Source: Intoshia linei (taxonomy: Eukaryota > Animalia > Orthonectida). Taken from it: DNA of 33,253 nt. The stretch is taken from NCBI GenBank assembly GCA_001642005.1, contig LWCA01000294.1, positions 1 to 33,253 of the forward strand. The letters are read 5' to 3'. Below the pieces are notes generated by a model that worked only from the letters and a program-made list of their open reading frames with translations, had not been told where the DNA came from and did no database searches. This document shows positions 20,282-32,991 of the stretch, piece after piece (within the stretch, counting starts at the first letter, position 1; every line of letters starts with the position of its first letter). A program made the translations under genes and the position numbers.

Positions 20282-21952
20282 ATGTCGCTTGTTGCGTATG
20301 AAGGGAATTCTCCAGAATCAATTCATGACGATGAAGAAATTGTAGAAAACCAAAAATTGCAAATTCAACTAAAGATGACTTTAGTTTGTGCAGCACCAGA
20401 AGTCAGTGTAGTTAAACCAAAAGAAATATTCAATAAAAACGTTGAAGTTTGTGAAAAACTATATGGACCAAATTCGAAGAATATCAGTAAATACCAAAAC
20501 AATAATATTTTGACGGGTCATATTGAAGAAAATTATATTAGTAATTTTGAATTTGATAAACAGTACAATACATTCAAAAGTTTCGGATATGCAAAAGATC
20601 CATCAAGAGGTTCATCTGGAATGGTTCGTAATTTACATGGTCCAGGGTCAAAAAAAATTAAAGTGACACATGAAAAATCTGTTTTTGAAAAAACTCCTAA
20701 ACGTGAAAAAGACAAAAGGAAACGCCTTAGAAATTGTGACGCTTCCGACTTGGAGGGTTATCTTGGACCATGGGGTAAATATGTAGACGAAGAAACTGTT
20801 TCCAAACCTTCAGAAGACGATCAAAAAGACATTGATGTTTATTTAGAAAAAATGAAAAGTAGAAAAGGTGAAAAAATGAAAAAAGATGAAGAACAAGAAC
20901 CTACATATGTTAAAGAAAGTTTCGAATTACATATACCAGACCCTTTAGATTACCAAGGTAGATCTTTTATCGATCCAAAATCGGAATACTCTGGAAATCC
21001 TAAACATGATTATATTCAAACCCCTGGAAAATGTTATGCTCCCAGTCGATGTATTCATACATGGAAAGGACACACAAAAGCCGTTTCAAAAATGCTTTGG
21101 TTTCCAAAATCTGCTCATTTAATTTTAACAGCTAGTGTTGATACTACCATCAAATTGTGGGAAGTTTACAAAAGTAGACGATGTGTAATGACTTTTAATG
21201 GACATAACAAAGCTGTTCGTGATATTTGTTTCAACAGAAGCGGTAAACAATTTGCATCTTGTGGATACGACAAGTATGTTCGATTGTGGGACACTGAAAA
21301 AGGTATTTGTGTGTCTAGATTTCATTGTAAACGAATTCCCTATTGTGTAAAATTCAATCCACGTCATGATAATCAAAATTTAATTTTAATTGGAACAGCA
21401 AGCAAGAAGATAATATGCTATAATACTAATACAAAAACTATAATCCAGGAATACGATAGGCATATGGGTGCAATTAATGCTATCGAATTTATTGATTTCG
21501 GTAAGCGGTTTGTCAGTTCGTCTGATGATAAAAGTCTTCGAATATGGGAATGGAATATTCCTGTTGATTTTAAATGTATATCTGATCCAACCATGCATGC
21601 TGCTCCAGCAATGACACTCAGTCCCAATGAAAAATATTTAATTACTCAATCAATGGATAATACTATATTGACATATAACGCATTACAAGTTTGTAGAAAA
21701 GTCAGGAAAAAAACTTTCAAAGGTCATATGGTTTCCGGATATGCTTGCACTCTAGACTTTTCTCCTTCCATGTCTCACGTAGTTTCTGGTGATGCTGATG
21801 GTAAAGTCTTTTTCTGGGATTGGAAAACTACAAATGTTGTCAAAACTTTAAAAGCACATGAAGGTGTATGTGGAAATGTAATGTGGCATCCCTATGAAGC
21901 ATCTCGTGTTATTACGGCGGGGTGGGACGGTCTTATGAAATATTGGGAGTAA
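20282..21952 (+). CDS. CDC40: Pre-mRNA-processing factor 17 (WD40), single exon, 556 aa
   Basis: Uninterrupted ORF with FDKQYNTF.SFGYA.DPS, GYLGPWG, DYQGRSF, HTWKGHTK, QEYDRHMGA, FKGHMVSGYAC and terminal AGWDGLMKYWE. Confidence 0.97.
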   Translation: MSLVAYEGNSPESIHDDEEIVENQKLQIQLKMTLVCAAPEVSVVKPKEIFNKNVEVCEKLYGPNSKNISKYQNNNILTGHIEENYISNFEFDKQYNTFKSFGYAKDPSRGSSGMVRNLHGPGSKKIKVTHEKSVFEKTPKREKDKRKRLRNCDASDLEGYLGPWGKYVDEETVSKPSEDDQKDIDVYLEKMKSRKGEKMKKDEEQEPTYVKESFELHIPDPLDYQGRSFIDPKSEYSGNPKHDYIQTPGKCYAPSRCIHTWKGHTKAVSKMLWFPKSAHLILTASVDTTIKLWEVYKSRRCVMTFNGHNKAVRDICFNRSGKQFASCGYDKYVRLWDTEKGICVSRFHCKRIPYCVKFNPRHDNQNLILIGTASKKIICYNTNTKTIIQEYDRHMGAINAIEFIDFGKRFVSSSDDKSLRIWEWNIPVDFKCISDPTMHAAPAMTLSPNEKYLITQSMDNTILTYNALQVCRKVRKKTFKGHMVSGYACTLDFSPSMSHVVSGDADGKVFFWDWKTTNVVKTLKAHEGVCGNVMWHPYEASRVITAGWDGLMKYWE

Positions 21953-21989
21953 TTTTTATTTATTAATGTAAATAATTTTTAATAAACAT

Positions 21990-24900
21990 TCATATTAAAT
22001 TCATAGTTTCTTTTTTCAATTTCATGTGGCTAAATATTTTAATTAATATTTATTATTAATATTCCTTCTTACCAATCAATTGATATTAATCTTGCCTCGT
22101 TTCGTATAAACCGTTTTTTGTCTTTTAAGGCTATTGGAAGAATTTCATAGATAATTTCTGTAAAATAATTAATCCTTTTTTCGTCTATTAATTCAATCAA
22201 CTTTTTCAATAGTATAATAGTTTTATATCGTATTTTCTAAAATATGATTATTTAGTTTAGCAATTTTTTAATATTGGGGCGATTTATTTTCAAAATAAAA
22301 CTATTCTTTAATTGATGCTATAATTTCCTGATACATTACATATTTATTACATTCATGAAATGAAACAACTTTGTATTACATTATTAAAGATAAACGATTT
22401 AAAATATCTATTTTAAGAAAAAAAAAATTCGATGAGCAAAGTCAAATAAAAATGTTAAGTCAACCTTAAGCAAAAAATTCCAAAATTCTGTTAAATAAGA
22501 CCTTTACTATATTATACATTGATATAATGCCCAAAATTAGATTAAAAATTTTTAATTAGTAACATTAACGGTTTCACATCCAATGATTCATATATGCACA
22601 TCATTTAAAATAATCGAATGGTTTATATAGGGCCAAGAAAACTACCAAAAAAATAGAAATACTTAAATTAAACCATTTTTAATAAAAATCATAATTTACA
22701 AACCCTTTAGGGAAAAATCCAATTTGACCAACTATGACATTAAATTCTAAAACACGCTCTCTTTTCATTTTATGTATTGAATTAGATTGATTTATACAAC
22801 CATGAAATTCCGTTTAGTCTATACAAAAAGTCAGTCGGTATGCTTATCAAGCTTTACTTCCTTGTTAATGTATTCCTTTAATTAATGATTAAACCAACTA
22901 ATATGATACAATATGTAAAAAAGGTTGGGAAACACTGCTCTAAACTAAACTCTCTAGTATAAAATTTGATGATATATTTGATTATAAGTTTTTTATATAA
23001 ATTTCAAGTGATTTAAACATAATAAACAAAACTTTTTAATAAAAAAATCAAAATAAAACTATAAAGTGTGAAACGGTTAAAATGAGTCAATTTGTAAAAT
23101 TTTTTTGTAAATGGTCGCTTTTGTAGAAGATTTTGTTAAAATTATTTTACATGCATTAATTTTTTTTTTAACCAAAATTTTAAACGGTTTTTAAGATTTT
23201 TCAAGGGGATTTAATAATTTTTTTATTAATCAAACTTTTAATTATTATTTTAGAGTTTACCTTAGATTTTTCTCTTATATACATAGCATCTTGATTCACC
23301 TGTAAAAATCATATTTTAAAAAAAATGGTCAATATTCGCCTACTTAATTTCAAAATTAATTATCTTATTCCGTGGATATAAGTTAGATAAGGTGGATAAA
23401 TCAGACCCTACCATTGGATACCGAGCTGGAAGCCACCGAAACTGAAAAATTGACCAATATTTTTTTTTGTAAATATGTAAATGTAAAATGTAAATAATGC
23501 ATAGTGTCATATAGCCCTAGCCACATATCCAAGGATTTTGACTTGATATTTTAAATTTAATACACAAAATATTTATAATCAAGAATATTTTTTAATTTTT
23601 TAACACTCAACGATGGAAAAATGATACCCCATTATACCAAAATTTTGTCGAGCTCGAAAAGTGGTATTATTATGGTAGGCTCACCACTGAAGGTTGTAAC
23701 CTTCGAATTATTCGACCAGGTACATTAAAATAATATACGTATTAAAAAATTACACAATTTTCATGTTGCAAATATTTTGTACATATTTTTAAAATTTTTT
23801 GAGCATCAAATATGTTATAAGAGATAATATTTGACAAAAACAATATTGTAGTTAGAGGCATATAATTATTAAAATCTTTAGACACAATTTTTAATATTCT
23901 ATCAACGGTAGATTCAATCTAAATTTTACTGTTAAAATACATGTAATTTCATATTACTTCAATATTGATATTATTTTGGTATGTAGCTTTATGTAGAGCA
24001 CAACATATTTTAAAATGGATTTCTGCAAATAAATCTAAAGATTTTAATTACACATTATTATTTATTGTACAATATTATTTATACAGGATTCCCTCGAATT
24101 TGCTTTTCTGATATTTTTCCAAAATGTCTCAAAAAAAGTCCAAACAATGCAAATTAAAAAGAATACTGCATTATATAAAATAAAATCAATATACAATGTG
24201 TTAATGTACAATTTAAAAAAAATAATTACTATTATCCAACAAAAATATAATTTTCTTTAAAATAGATTCCAAAATAAAACGATATCGTTCGGTTTCTTTA
24301 AAATCATAAACGTTTGCATAGCATAATTGAAATAATGGATGAAAAGATACTTCATAGAGATCGGAAATAATTTCAATAGTATAAAAGAATTCTTGTAAAA
24401 CTGTGAGAATAATATCATCTTTAGAAAATAACACATAATTTCTTAGAGAAACAAGATATACATTATAGATTTTAATACTGACATTATTGTGTACATTTAA
24501 AAGATTAATTTTATAATCTTTCCTTGTCATAAATTTAAAATTATAAAGGTATCGCATCAAATTATCCACAACATTTAATAAATTAAATTTATAAAATGAT
24601 TGATCAGTATTACTAATATTTGAAGAAATATCAAAATTTTCAAGAAAATATACTTTTCGAGTGACAGTATAATATTTCTTATAAACCAAGCAAGTATTTT
24701 CATCATTCTTATTCAAATCAAAATATACAATCGAATTGAAAACATTAGGCAATATTTCGTTGAACCATTGAACATTTATCTCATTACATTTTGAATTTTC
24801 TTCAATTTTATTAAATAATACATTTACAACATTGTCTCGGTTTCGAGTACTAATTTTACCAATTAAATTTTTCAAAATAATTGATGAACTCATCCAATAA

Positions 24901-27900
24901 ACATTAATATTAAAATGATTTTCATTTGAGTTTAAAACCTGACCAAAAAATTTATTGTAGACATTGTCGAGTTTATCCACATTGATTGTATTTAATTTTC
25001 CACTAAAAATTGAGATAATTGATAATAGACACAATCTTTCTTCTTCGTGATCAGTTTTGAAATATTTTTCAAAAATTTTAAAAAAATGATGACATCTTAT
25101 AGGTTTTTTAGAATTTTTTGAAAATTCAAAAATAAATAAATGATTTTTTAATGTAGTATCCATAATTAAACTTTCAACATTTAAATACATTTTGTGAATA
25201 TATACAGTTATTTCTATAATTTTTGCACGTATATCCGGAAATGTTTCCATTTCATACATTGCTTGCATTTTTATACATAGCAATTCGGAATCTGCACAAT
25301 TCAAATTATATACAGTTAAAAAATCGTATAAACAATTTAAACAATCCAATTTTGTAGATAATGATGAATCTGATAATAATGATAATAAAAAAGCAAACAG
25401 TAAATCGCATTTTTCTAAATCTAAATAATAAAATGTATATATAACATGGCATTATCATCATTTTTTCAAGCTAATTAATAATAATAATAAGTTATTGTTT
25501 AAACACACAACATTAACTTATATTAATAACATTATTGTATAATTTCTGAATTTGGACCAATATATAAACGATACTGACACGAATTATACATTTTTATTAG
25601 AAAAGTTTCTATACCTTGGTCCCCCTTATTAATAAAATACATTTAATTAAAAAAACATTGACCAATGTAGATAATAAGCGAATTACATAGAAAATAATAT
25701 GTAATTAGTATCATCCATTATTCAAGTTATTTTAATATAAAAATGTACGTATTTCCCAAAAATAGACACAAGAATGAATCCAACAAATGCCCAAGTTTAA
25801 TCAATTTATTAATTAATGTATACCATCTTTATTAAATTCAAATTTTATCTTGGACGATTGAAATAAAATTGTTAGAAAATTCATATAAATTTCTCTATCA
25901 ATAGACTACATAAGATAAACATTATTAAAAATATAAATATAAAATTACCGCAGTATGATTTTGTAGATTGATGGTAAATGTATCAATAAAAAAAGGCAAT
26001 ATCAGTTTTGCGTACATTTCTCCAGCTTCGCACATTTCACAAAAAAGTACGCAAATTTTTAAAGTATCTTCCGTTGGTTTCATTAAATATTCATGGGAAA
26101 CTAATAATTCAATAATGTAATTATAAAACGTAGATGTAATCGTGTGATTCTGAATTGATGTTTAATTTTTTGAATAATTTTAAATTTACTATTTTTTTAA
26201 ATTACAATTCCAATGACAATATTAATCTCAAATATTATTCCTAAATCTAAACTGTGACAAAAACAACATTATTAAAGAGCAATGTGATAAAATTGTTTCA
26301 TCTATAAAAAGACGAATAGTATATTCCGCTAATGACCTTAAATCATAGTCCATAAAGTCATATTTAAGGCAGAGATTGAGAGACATATTGATGCAAGGTT
26401 TTTAAATTGAAAAAATACGTGTCAAGTGAGATCGACTATTGAAAAACGTAATTTGGTTTGATGAATCAAAAATAAACCGGTTTGGACCGATAGTAAGCAA
26501 TTTTTTCACAGAAATAAGGAAGTCGATTGAATTAAAAAAAAATTTAGCCAACAGTAAAATTAGTCTGAAGTCATTTAATAATTTTGGCCTGTTTCAGTCA
26601 GTTTTTTTACGTTCCGAGACAGTGAAATGCAAATAATTTATACGAAAAATGCATACATTAAAATATACACAAATTCTTAATCAAAATTTAATCATATCGG
26701 TGCCAAAATTAGGAATAAAAGACAATTTCATCTGCCAACAAGATAATATCCCGATCAGAAAGTTATAACAACAGAATGTTTTCACCAATAGGAGTGGTAG
26801 ACATGATAAAATGACCAGTATATAATCCTGACTTTAACCCAATTGAGAATGTGTGGGTTTATCTCAAAGGAAAATTGCACCAAATAATGATTCAAAATCT
26901 AAAGGAATTTGCAACGCTATTGCAAGGCAAATTCAAAAAAATTACATCATTAATGTAAAAATGTCCAGTTCTAATTACTCACTGAGTAATACTTTTTTTT
27001 ATTAATTAATATGATTACACATAAATGTATGTTTTTTATGACAACTAAATATAGATTTGAATGAATTAAATTTTACCATCCAAAGCAAATTTGAAAAATA
27101 ATGAGAATTTTTCATTCTAAAAAAGAATATATATTTTAGGACAATATTATAAATATAAATTCATAGCAAAAATTAACAAAAAACAAAAATATAGTAATTT
27201 CCTTATAAATATACCCTAAAATAAAAATGTTATTAACAATTATACCAAAAAATTAAGTTTTCATCATTCCTAAAGTTTATTACATCAATTTTAGTGATCT
27301 GCCTAATAAATTGACACACTGTGTAGTAAATAAATACTTTTTTTGTAAAGTTTAAGTAAAGACTAACAATTTTAAAAATTGAACATTTTTACTTTGATCT
27401 TGATCGTTGTTTCTCATCCTTTTTAGAAAAATAATGAAAATATCACACTTATGAAAAAATTTAAAAATGCTTCTTTTTATATACAGTGTGGTAAAGAATT
27501 ATTTACTCATTTATTAATATTTCCGTAACTTTTGAATCAATAAAGATATTTCAAAATAATGTATACCATTCGAGAATAAAATACTACGTTTGTATTATTA
27601 TAACTATATTTATCCCTTTTTCATTCCTAATTGATCACCTATTAATTAACTCACAGAAATATTTTATGATAAACAAATATTTACTCATTCTTAAAAAGTT
27701 TCAATTTGGATATAAAAACTTACTTTAATTTTAAATTTTGATTCAAATATAATTACGTTCTTCCGGCATAGACAAAAGACAAAGTGATTTCAAACGAGAT
27801 GTGATAATTAGTTACCACAAAGAGAGTTATTCAGGTAGGGAAATTGTTAAAAAAATAGGTGTATCCCAAAAAACTGTTAGCAATATAGTCAAAAAATTTA

Positions 27901-29024
27901 AAAAAACTGGTGCTACTGAAACTTTACCACACTGTATCAATGTTAATGGAAATAGTCAGTATGTCATTTTAATTCTTATTTTTTTCACAGGATTGCACTC
28001 CAAAAATAATGTATATATTTATTCTTTTATTATTTCTTGAAAATCGCCATCCTAAAACATTAAAGCTCAAATTTTTGTCGTTTTAAATTCAATATATGTA
28101 TATTACACATTGTATACACAATGTGTATTACATATTGAATATATTATATTAAAATAACCTTTTGAAATAATTTGACCATTAATTTGAATAAATCAATAGC
28201 TGCATATAAAGTTTTATTATTCATTTCATTGAGTAATTCATTTTGAATTTGATAAATAATAAAACAAACTCTCTCGCTATATAAATCAAATGAAAAATTC
28301 AAGTTAGAAAGAATGTATTTATAAGAACATAAATAATCTACTTTAGAATTTAAATTTTTCACAATACTACTTTGAAAATAATCAAATGTTTTTTTAATAA
28401 AAAAATTGTTGAGAACCAAACATTTGTTTATCAATTCAGTAATTATATTTAAATTGTTTTCGTCATAAACAATCTAAAAGTTAAAAATAATTAAAAAAGT
28501 ATACATTTAAATGCATACATATTCTTTTGAAATCGGAAAAAGTTGGATTACAGCATTAAATATTTCCGATTCCAATGTTTCGTCAACTGTAAATAATTTT
28601 ATTAAAAAACAAAAAAATACAACAAAATTACCTTTAGCATTATGTTTTTCATACAAAAACAATACACATTCAAGTAATTTGACTAAACATGACGATATCA
28701 CTTGCTTTTTAAGATATTTCATAATACATAATAATAAACTGTCCAAACTGTCTACTAATATAAATCACTATTTAAAATTTATTAAAAAATTATTACAAAC
28801 CTCCAATTTCAAATATTTCGAATTTTAATTTTGTTACATTATATATGACGTTTGATAATGACCGATTATCATTAATTGATAAATCCGTTATATTGAATAT
28901 ATCAAAAAAAATTGATATAATTGTTATAAATTTATTGATATCAATACATTTAATATTAGACTAAATGTATATATTATATTAAAATAATACACAATATAAA
29001 AAAATAATTTAACAATACAAACAT
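21990..29024 (-). CDS. MMS19: Highly divergent MMS19 (CIA Fe-S targeting complex HEAT-repeat subunit); multi-exon, internal exons only partly traced
   Basis: The C-terminal exon (about 22236-22073) reads KIRYKTIILL...ALKDKKRFIRNEAR, like MMS19 LDDKKRLVRKEA. N-terminal exons give LESEIFNAVIQLFPI...INKCL...SKVDYL...IQNELL, like EELFEVTSCYFPI...AKLDSL...IRREVF. Includes ORFs 28507-28746, 28144-28434 and 24213-25349. The 5' start is tentative. Confidence 0.65.
22569..23076. mobile_element. piggyBac-like MITE (TTAA TSD) with a nested hAT terminus, in an MMS19 intron
   Basis: TTAA|CGGTTTCACAT ... GTGTGAAACGG|TTAA (9/11 TIR match). Internal AAAGGTTGGGAAACACTG|CTCTAAAC (about 22920-22947) is a Buster-type hAT end. 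Confidence 0.65.
26430..26950 (+). pseudogene. Degenerate Tc1 transposase relic in an MMS19 intron
   Basis: KNVIWFDESKINRFG, FICQQDN and NPDFNPIENVW.YLK motifs in broken frames. Confidence 0.8.
27484..27934 (+). mobile_element. Mini-Tc1 retaining only the HTH-coding 5' part
   Basis: TA|CAGTGTGGTAAAG ... CTTTACCACACTG|TA (13-bp perfect TIR). Internal GREIVKKIGVSQKTVSNIVKKFKKTG is the Tc1 paired-like HTH. Confidence 0.85.
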
Positions 29025-29162
29025 AAAACAATATTAATTTTAATATTAACACAAATATGATTATGTTCTCACAAACAATAAAAATTGAATCAAATTTAAA
29101 AGATTATAAATTTAAAACTAGGTTAAAATATACAAAAGTAAAATTTCAAATTATAACGAAAA

Positions 29163-31828
29163 ATGAATAATTACATAAAATCCAAAATAAATAGATGTAA
29201 AACTATTATTGAAGAAAATATAGTAATAGATGAAAATTTTTTAAATAAAGCAAAACAACTTGATGTGTTTACAACTTCAGTAATAGAGAATATACAGGTT
29301 TTTTTAAATTATGATAATACATGACCATTAAAATTAGAACAATGATTCAAGAGCATCAAAAATAGAATGCATGTTGGAGGCTTTAACTATACAGCATGAA
29401 AGTAAATGGGAATTTTTTTGTAATGCTTTACAGATAAGTGGACAAAAATTTTTGACATATCTGATCAGTGAAGAAAATAATGAACTGACTAATGAATGTA
29501 AAAAAATTGTTGCAAATGGGATATCAAAATATACACATATTGATATAAATGTGACTACATCTGATAAAAATAAATTGATAAATTATATCAGTGAAAAGGT
29601 TAATATTAAATTATTAAAAAATATTAAAACTAGAAATATTTACAATAAGGACTTATTCTTTATACTAATGCTGGTACCATGACCCTAGTTCATTATAAGA
29701 CTGATAAATGACCAAAATATAAATTAACAATAAAAAATATTTTTAAAAAATACATTTTTCTATTTTTAATTGGTTAAACAAATACTTAAATCTAATTTTA
29801 TTTTATAGTCAAAAAGTTAAATATTTCCTTAATTATTTTGATATTAATCTAAATAGATAAAATCTAAATTGCTTTTGGAAATTTACAATGGATGTATACA
29901 AGAAAATGATAAAACTATGCAAGTGAGAGAAATACACATTAACGATATTATTAAATATATAAAAAAAATAAAAGAGAATAACAAAAAAATCTGTTCAATA
30001 TCTACAGAGGTATTACATTGACATTAAAAAATTAATAAAATTTTAATTTAGAGTAATAATTTGTATAAAAAATTGATCAAGTCAGATGAACGTTTAAAAA
30101 TAAAAATTGATCAACTAAATCAACTGCGACGTAACAGCGTAGTAAAATTAAAAATTAGATCACGATTTTATAAAGCAAACGAAAAATTTTTATTTCGAAT
30201 ACAAAATGGGCTTATGAACATACAAGATGAAATAGACAGTTTGGATCAAAAAATAAAATTACATGTAAAACCAGAAAAAGTATCAACTAACAAAATTAGC
30301 ACAATTTCAAATGATTTCAATGAAAAAAATTTAATAAACACCAATGTAACTGATGATGATTCAAATAAAAGTGATGGGTCAATTATAAATACATTTTGTG
30401 CACCTCATTTCCAAAACAATGTAGACCATTTAATTAATCGGATGAAATCATTAGAAGTACATATTTTTGATATTTTAAATGGGATATTCAAGTTAGCCCT
30501 TAGCAAGAGTTTTTTACCAATAAACCAAAAAACATAGATATAAATTTTCTTATCATTCTTTCAGACATCCCATAATCCAGTGTTTTTGAACCGTGTGGCG
30601 AGAATTTGAAAATTGTGTGAATATATTTTTTATTTGTGTAAATTGATATGATGTTTGGAATATATAGAATGTATAGACAATTTTTGGGTTGAGAAAATTT
30701 TGTACGTTCATAATGGGCCGCGAATACAAAAAGGTTGAAAACCACTGCCATAATCGAAACTATTTAGCAAACCAGCCATTCCAATTCATTCATGATTCAA
30801 TCGATTTATTTTATAAAATAATTTTTAATAAATAGTGACAAATTAAAAATTTATTTTAAAGATGATATACTTTTTAATTGGCTATTACATTTACTATTTA
30901 CATATTTAATTATATACATCACTATTACTATTACATTATTTTCATTAAAAAAATTCAAAAACAATTTACATTAAAAATATAAAGCAAATTTTCATTTTTG
31001 ATCAATTTAGCTAAAATTATTCAAGAACAGTCACTACTTTTTAAAAAATAAACAAAAATGAACAATGATAAGTATCAAAAAAATAAAAAATTTATTAAAA
31101 TTTTATGGGTCTACATTGTATAATTCAATTTCAAAATGAATGTTTTATAGATAAAAATGTGGTATATTTATTTGTATAGTCTTTTTCAATTAACTGTTAA
31201 AAATTTTATTTAATCAAGAATAAAGCTGCAATATAAAAAGCTATAACGATAATGATATAACATTTAGAATCAAATAGACACGCTCACATTTTATAGAATG
31301 CAATATGATGATTTACAAAATCACTTATCTTTAGCAATCAAATCTCTAGTCCCAAAATATGATTATATAGAATTAAACTTTGAAACAAAAAACCAAATAA
31401 AGTCATTTAAATCATCGGAAATTGATACAAACACAAAAATGAAAAATTTAAATGAAAATTTTAGTGTATATCAACATTTATATGTAAAATATCTAATGGA
31501 AGAATATGAAAATAAAATAAAATTACAAGACAAAGAAATTGATAGATTAATGAAACAGTTACAAGAAAAAGAATCCAATCTTGTCAATAACAAAGAAAAA
31601 ATAGAAAGTGCTAAAAGAAGGACATCAAAAAAAATTTCTGAATTAAATATTGAACATTCTAGAATAAAAAAATATTCTTTAAATTCAAAAAATATGAGTG
31701 ATAAAAACAACCATCGAAAATCTATAATTAAAAAAAATAGCAGCATTAATACACCTTTGAATAAAAAAAAAAGTATCGTTCAAAAAAAATTTACATCTAT
31801 CACAAAATTAGATTTTAATATCGATTAA
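29163..31828 (+). CDS. Protein with an N-terminal CARD-like death fold and long coiled coil, about 504 aa
   Basis: Phase-0 exons 29163-29297, 29338-29598, 29857-30009, 30052-30456, 31268-31828. The N-terminus VFTTSVIENIQ..SRASKIECMLEAL...WEFFCNALQISGQKFLTYLI fits CARD helix spacing. The C-terminal half is K/E-rich heptads with a basic tail. Confidence 0.65.
30578..30747. mobile_element. 170-bp Buster/Charlie-type hAT MITE in an intron
   Basis: Perfect 8-bp TSD CCATAATC (30570-77 and 30748-55); TIRs CAGTGTTTTTGAACC and GGTTGAAAACCACTG. Confidence 0.9.
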
Positions 31829-32198
31829 TAAATTTTATTTTAATGGTGTTTTTCTTTGTATACAAATATAAATAAGAAAGTAATAAAATTCAGAATTAAT
31901 CAGTACAATATATTATATCTTTCCTAATGAGGTCCGTGTAATATCAATATAAAATATTATCTCTACAATTTGCCAGTTTTGTATTCGTCAAACCTCTACT
32001 TTACCATCAATTTTTTTGGAAAAGTTAATTTTATTAACAGGGTCCCCCCCCCCTAACCAGGGTACAAGAGACCAAGATATACAAATCTAAAAAACAGCCG
32101 TTATACATTATAAATTAATGCCTTTTCAAATGTACAATGTATAAATAATTGGTATAAGGTCATTTACCTTTACAATTAACAAAACCCGATTAGCTGTA

Positions 32199-32987
32199 CA
32201 GTGTTGACCATAAGATTATAATAATTATTTTTTACATATAATTTTGTTACTAATTCACTAATGAGTAGATGAAATTAAATAAATCTTTGAATATAAGTGA
32301 CATATATATTTATGTTTAAATAGAATTAATTAATATTTTGTAACACCTCCTTCAGCATGTATGAGAATCATAATTCTCTGTGGCATACTATTAATACGTC
32401 TTTTGCCAGTTTTTTCAAATTAGAAGAATTGTTCCATACTGTATGTAGGCGAATAATCAGTTCCGATTTTGATCTTATTGGAATTGTATGAACTTCCTCT
32501 TTCAATTGTGTCCACACATTTTCGATTAGGTTCATATCCGGGGAATTTCCGGACCATTCAAGAACGGCAATCCCTTCATTTTGGAAATATAAAGTTACAG
32601 ATTTGGCTTTGAGACATGTAGCAGAATCATGTTGGAATATATACTTCTGATCAATGTGCCGTTGTGTCAAATTTTGAATTTTAAAATAGAACGATGTTGA
32701 GAATTACAATTCAACAAATATATGTAACTAGCAGGTCGATTAATCGGATTATTATATTTCTTCACTATGATACATATTTTTTAAATACGCAATTTTTCGC
32801 GTATGCACTTAAATCCATCCTTACTACGTGTACATTACTTTTGAAAACATAACAATATTTCTAATCGATGTAATACTTATCAGTAATGCTTATTTAGATC
32901 AAACATTTTATTTAGGTTATAATATACAAAAGCTGTGACGATAAATATAAAATTTTTACAATTATTATAATCTTATGATCAACACTG
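32199..32987 (-). mobile_element. Internally deleted Tc1 (DD34E) element
   Basis: TA-flanked 28-bp TIRs CAGTGTTGA(C/T)CATAAGATTATAATAATT with one mismatch. ORF 32368-32670 reads FQHD-x34-E (SPDMNLIENVW). Confidence 0.92.
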
Positions 32988-32991
32988 TATA

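Noticed and set aside
20533-21627. Four - strand ORFs within CDC40
   Set aside because: Antisense shadows of a conserved coding exon.
23295-23725. GC-richer intronic stretch with short inverted motifs
   Set aside because: Probably an old DNA-transposon relic, but no convincing TIR/TSD pair could be fixed.
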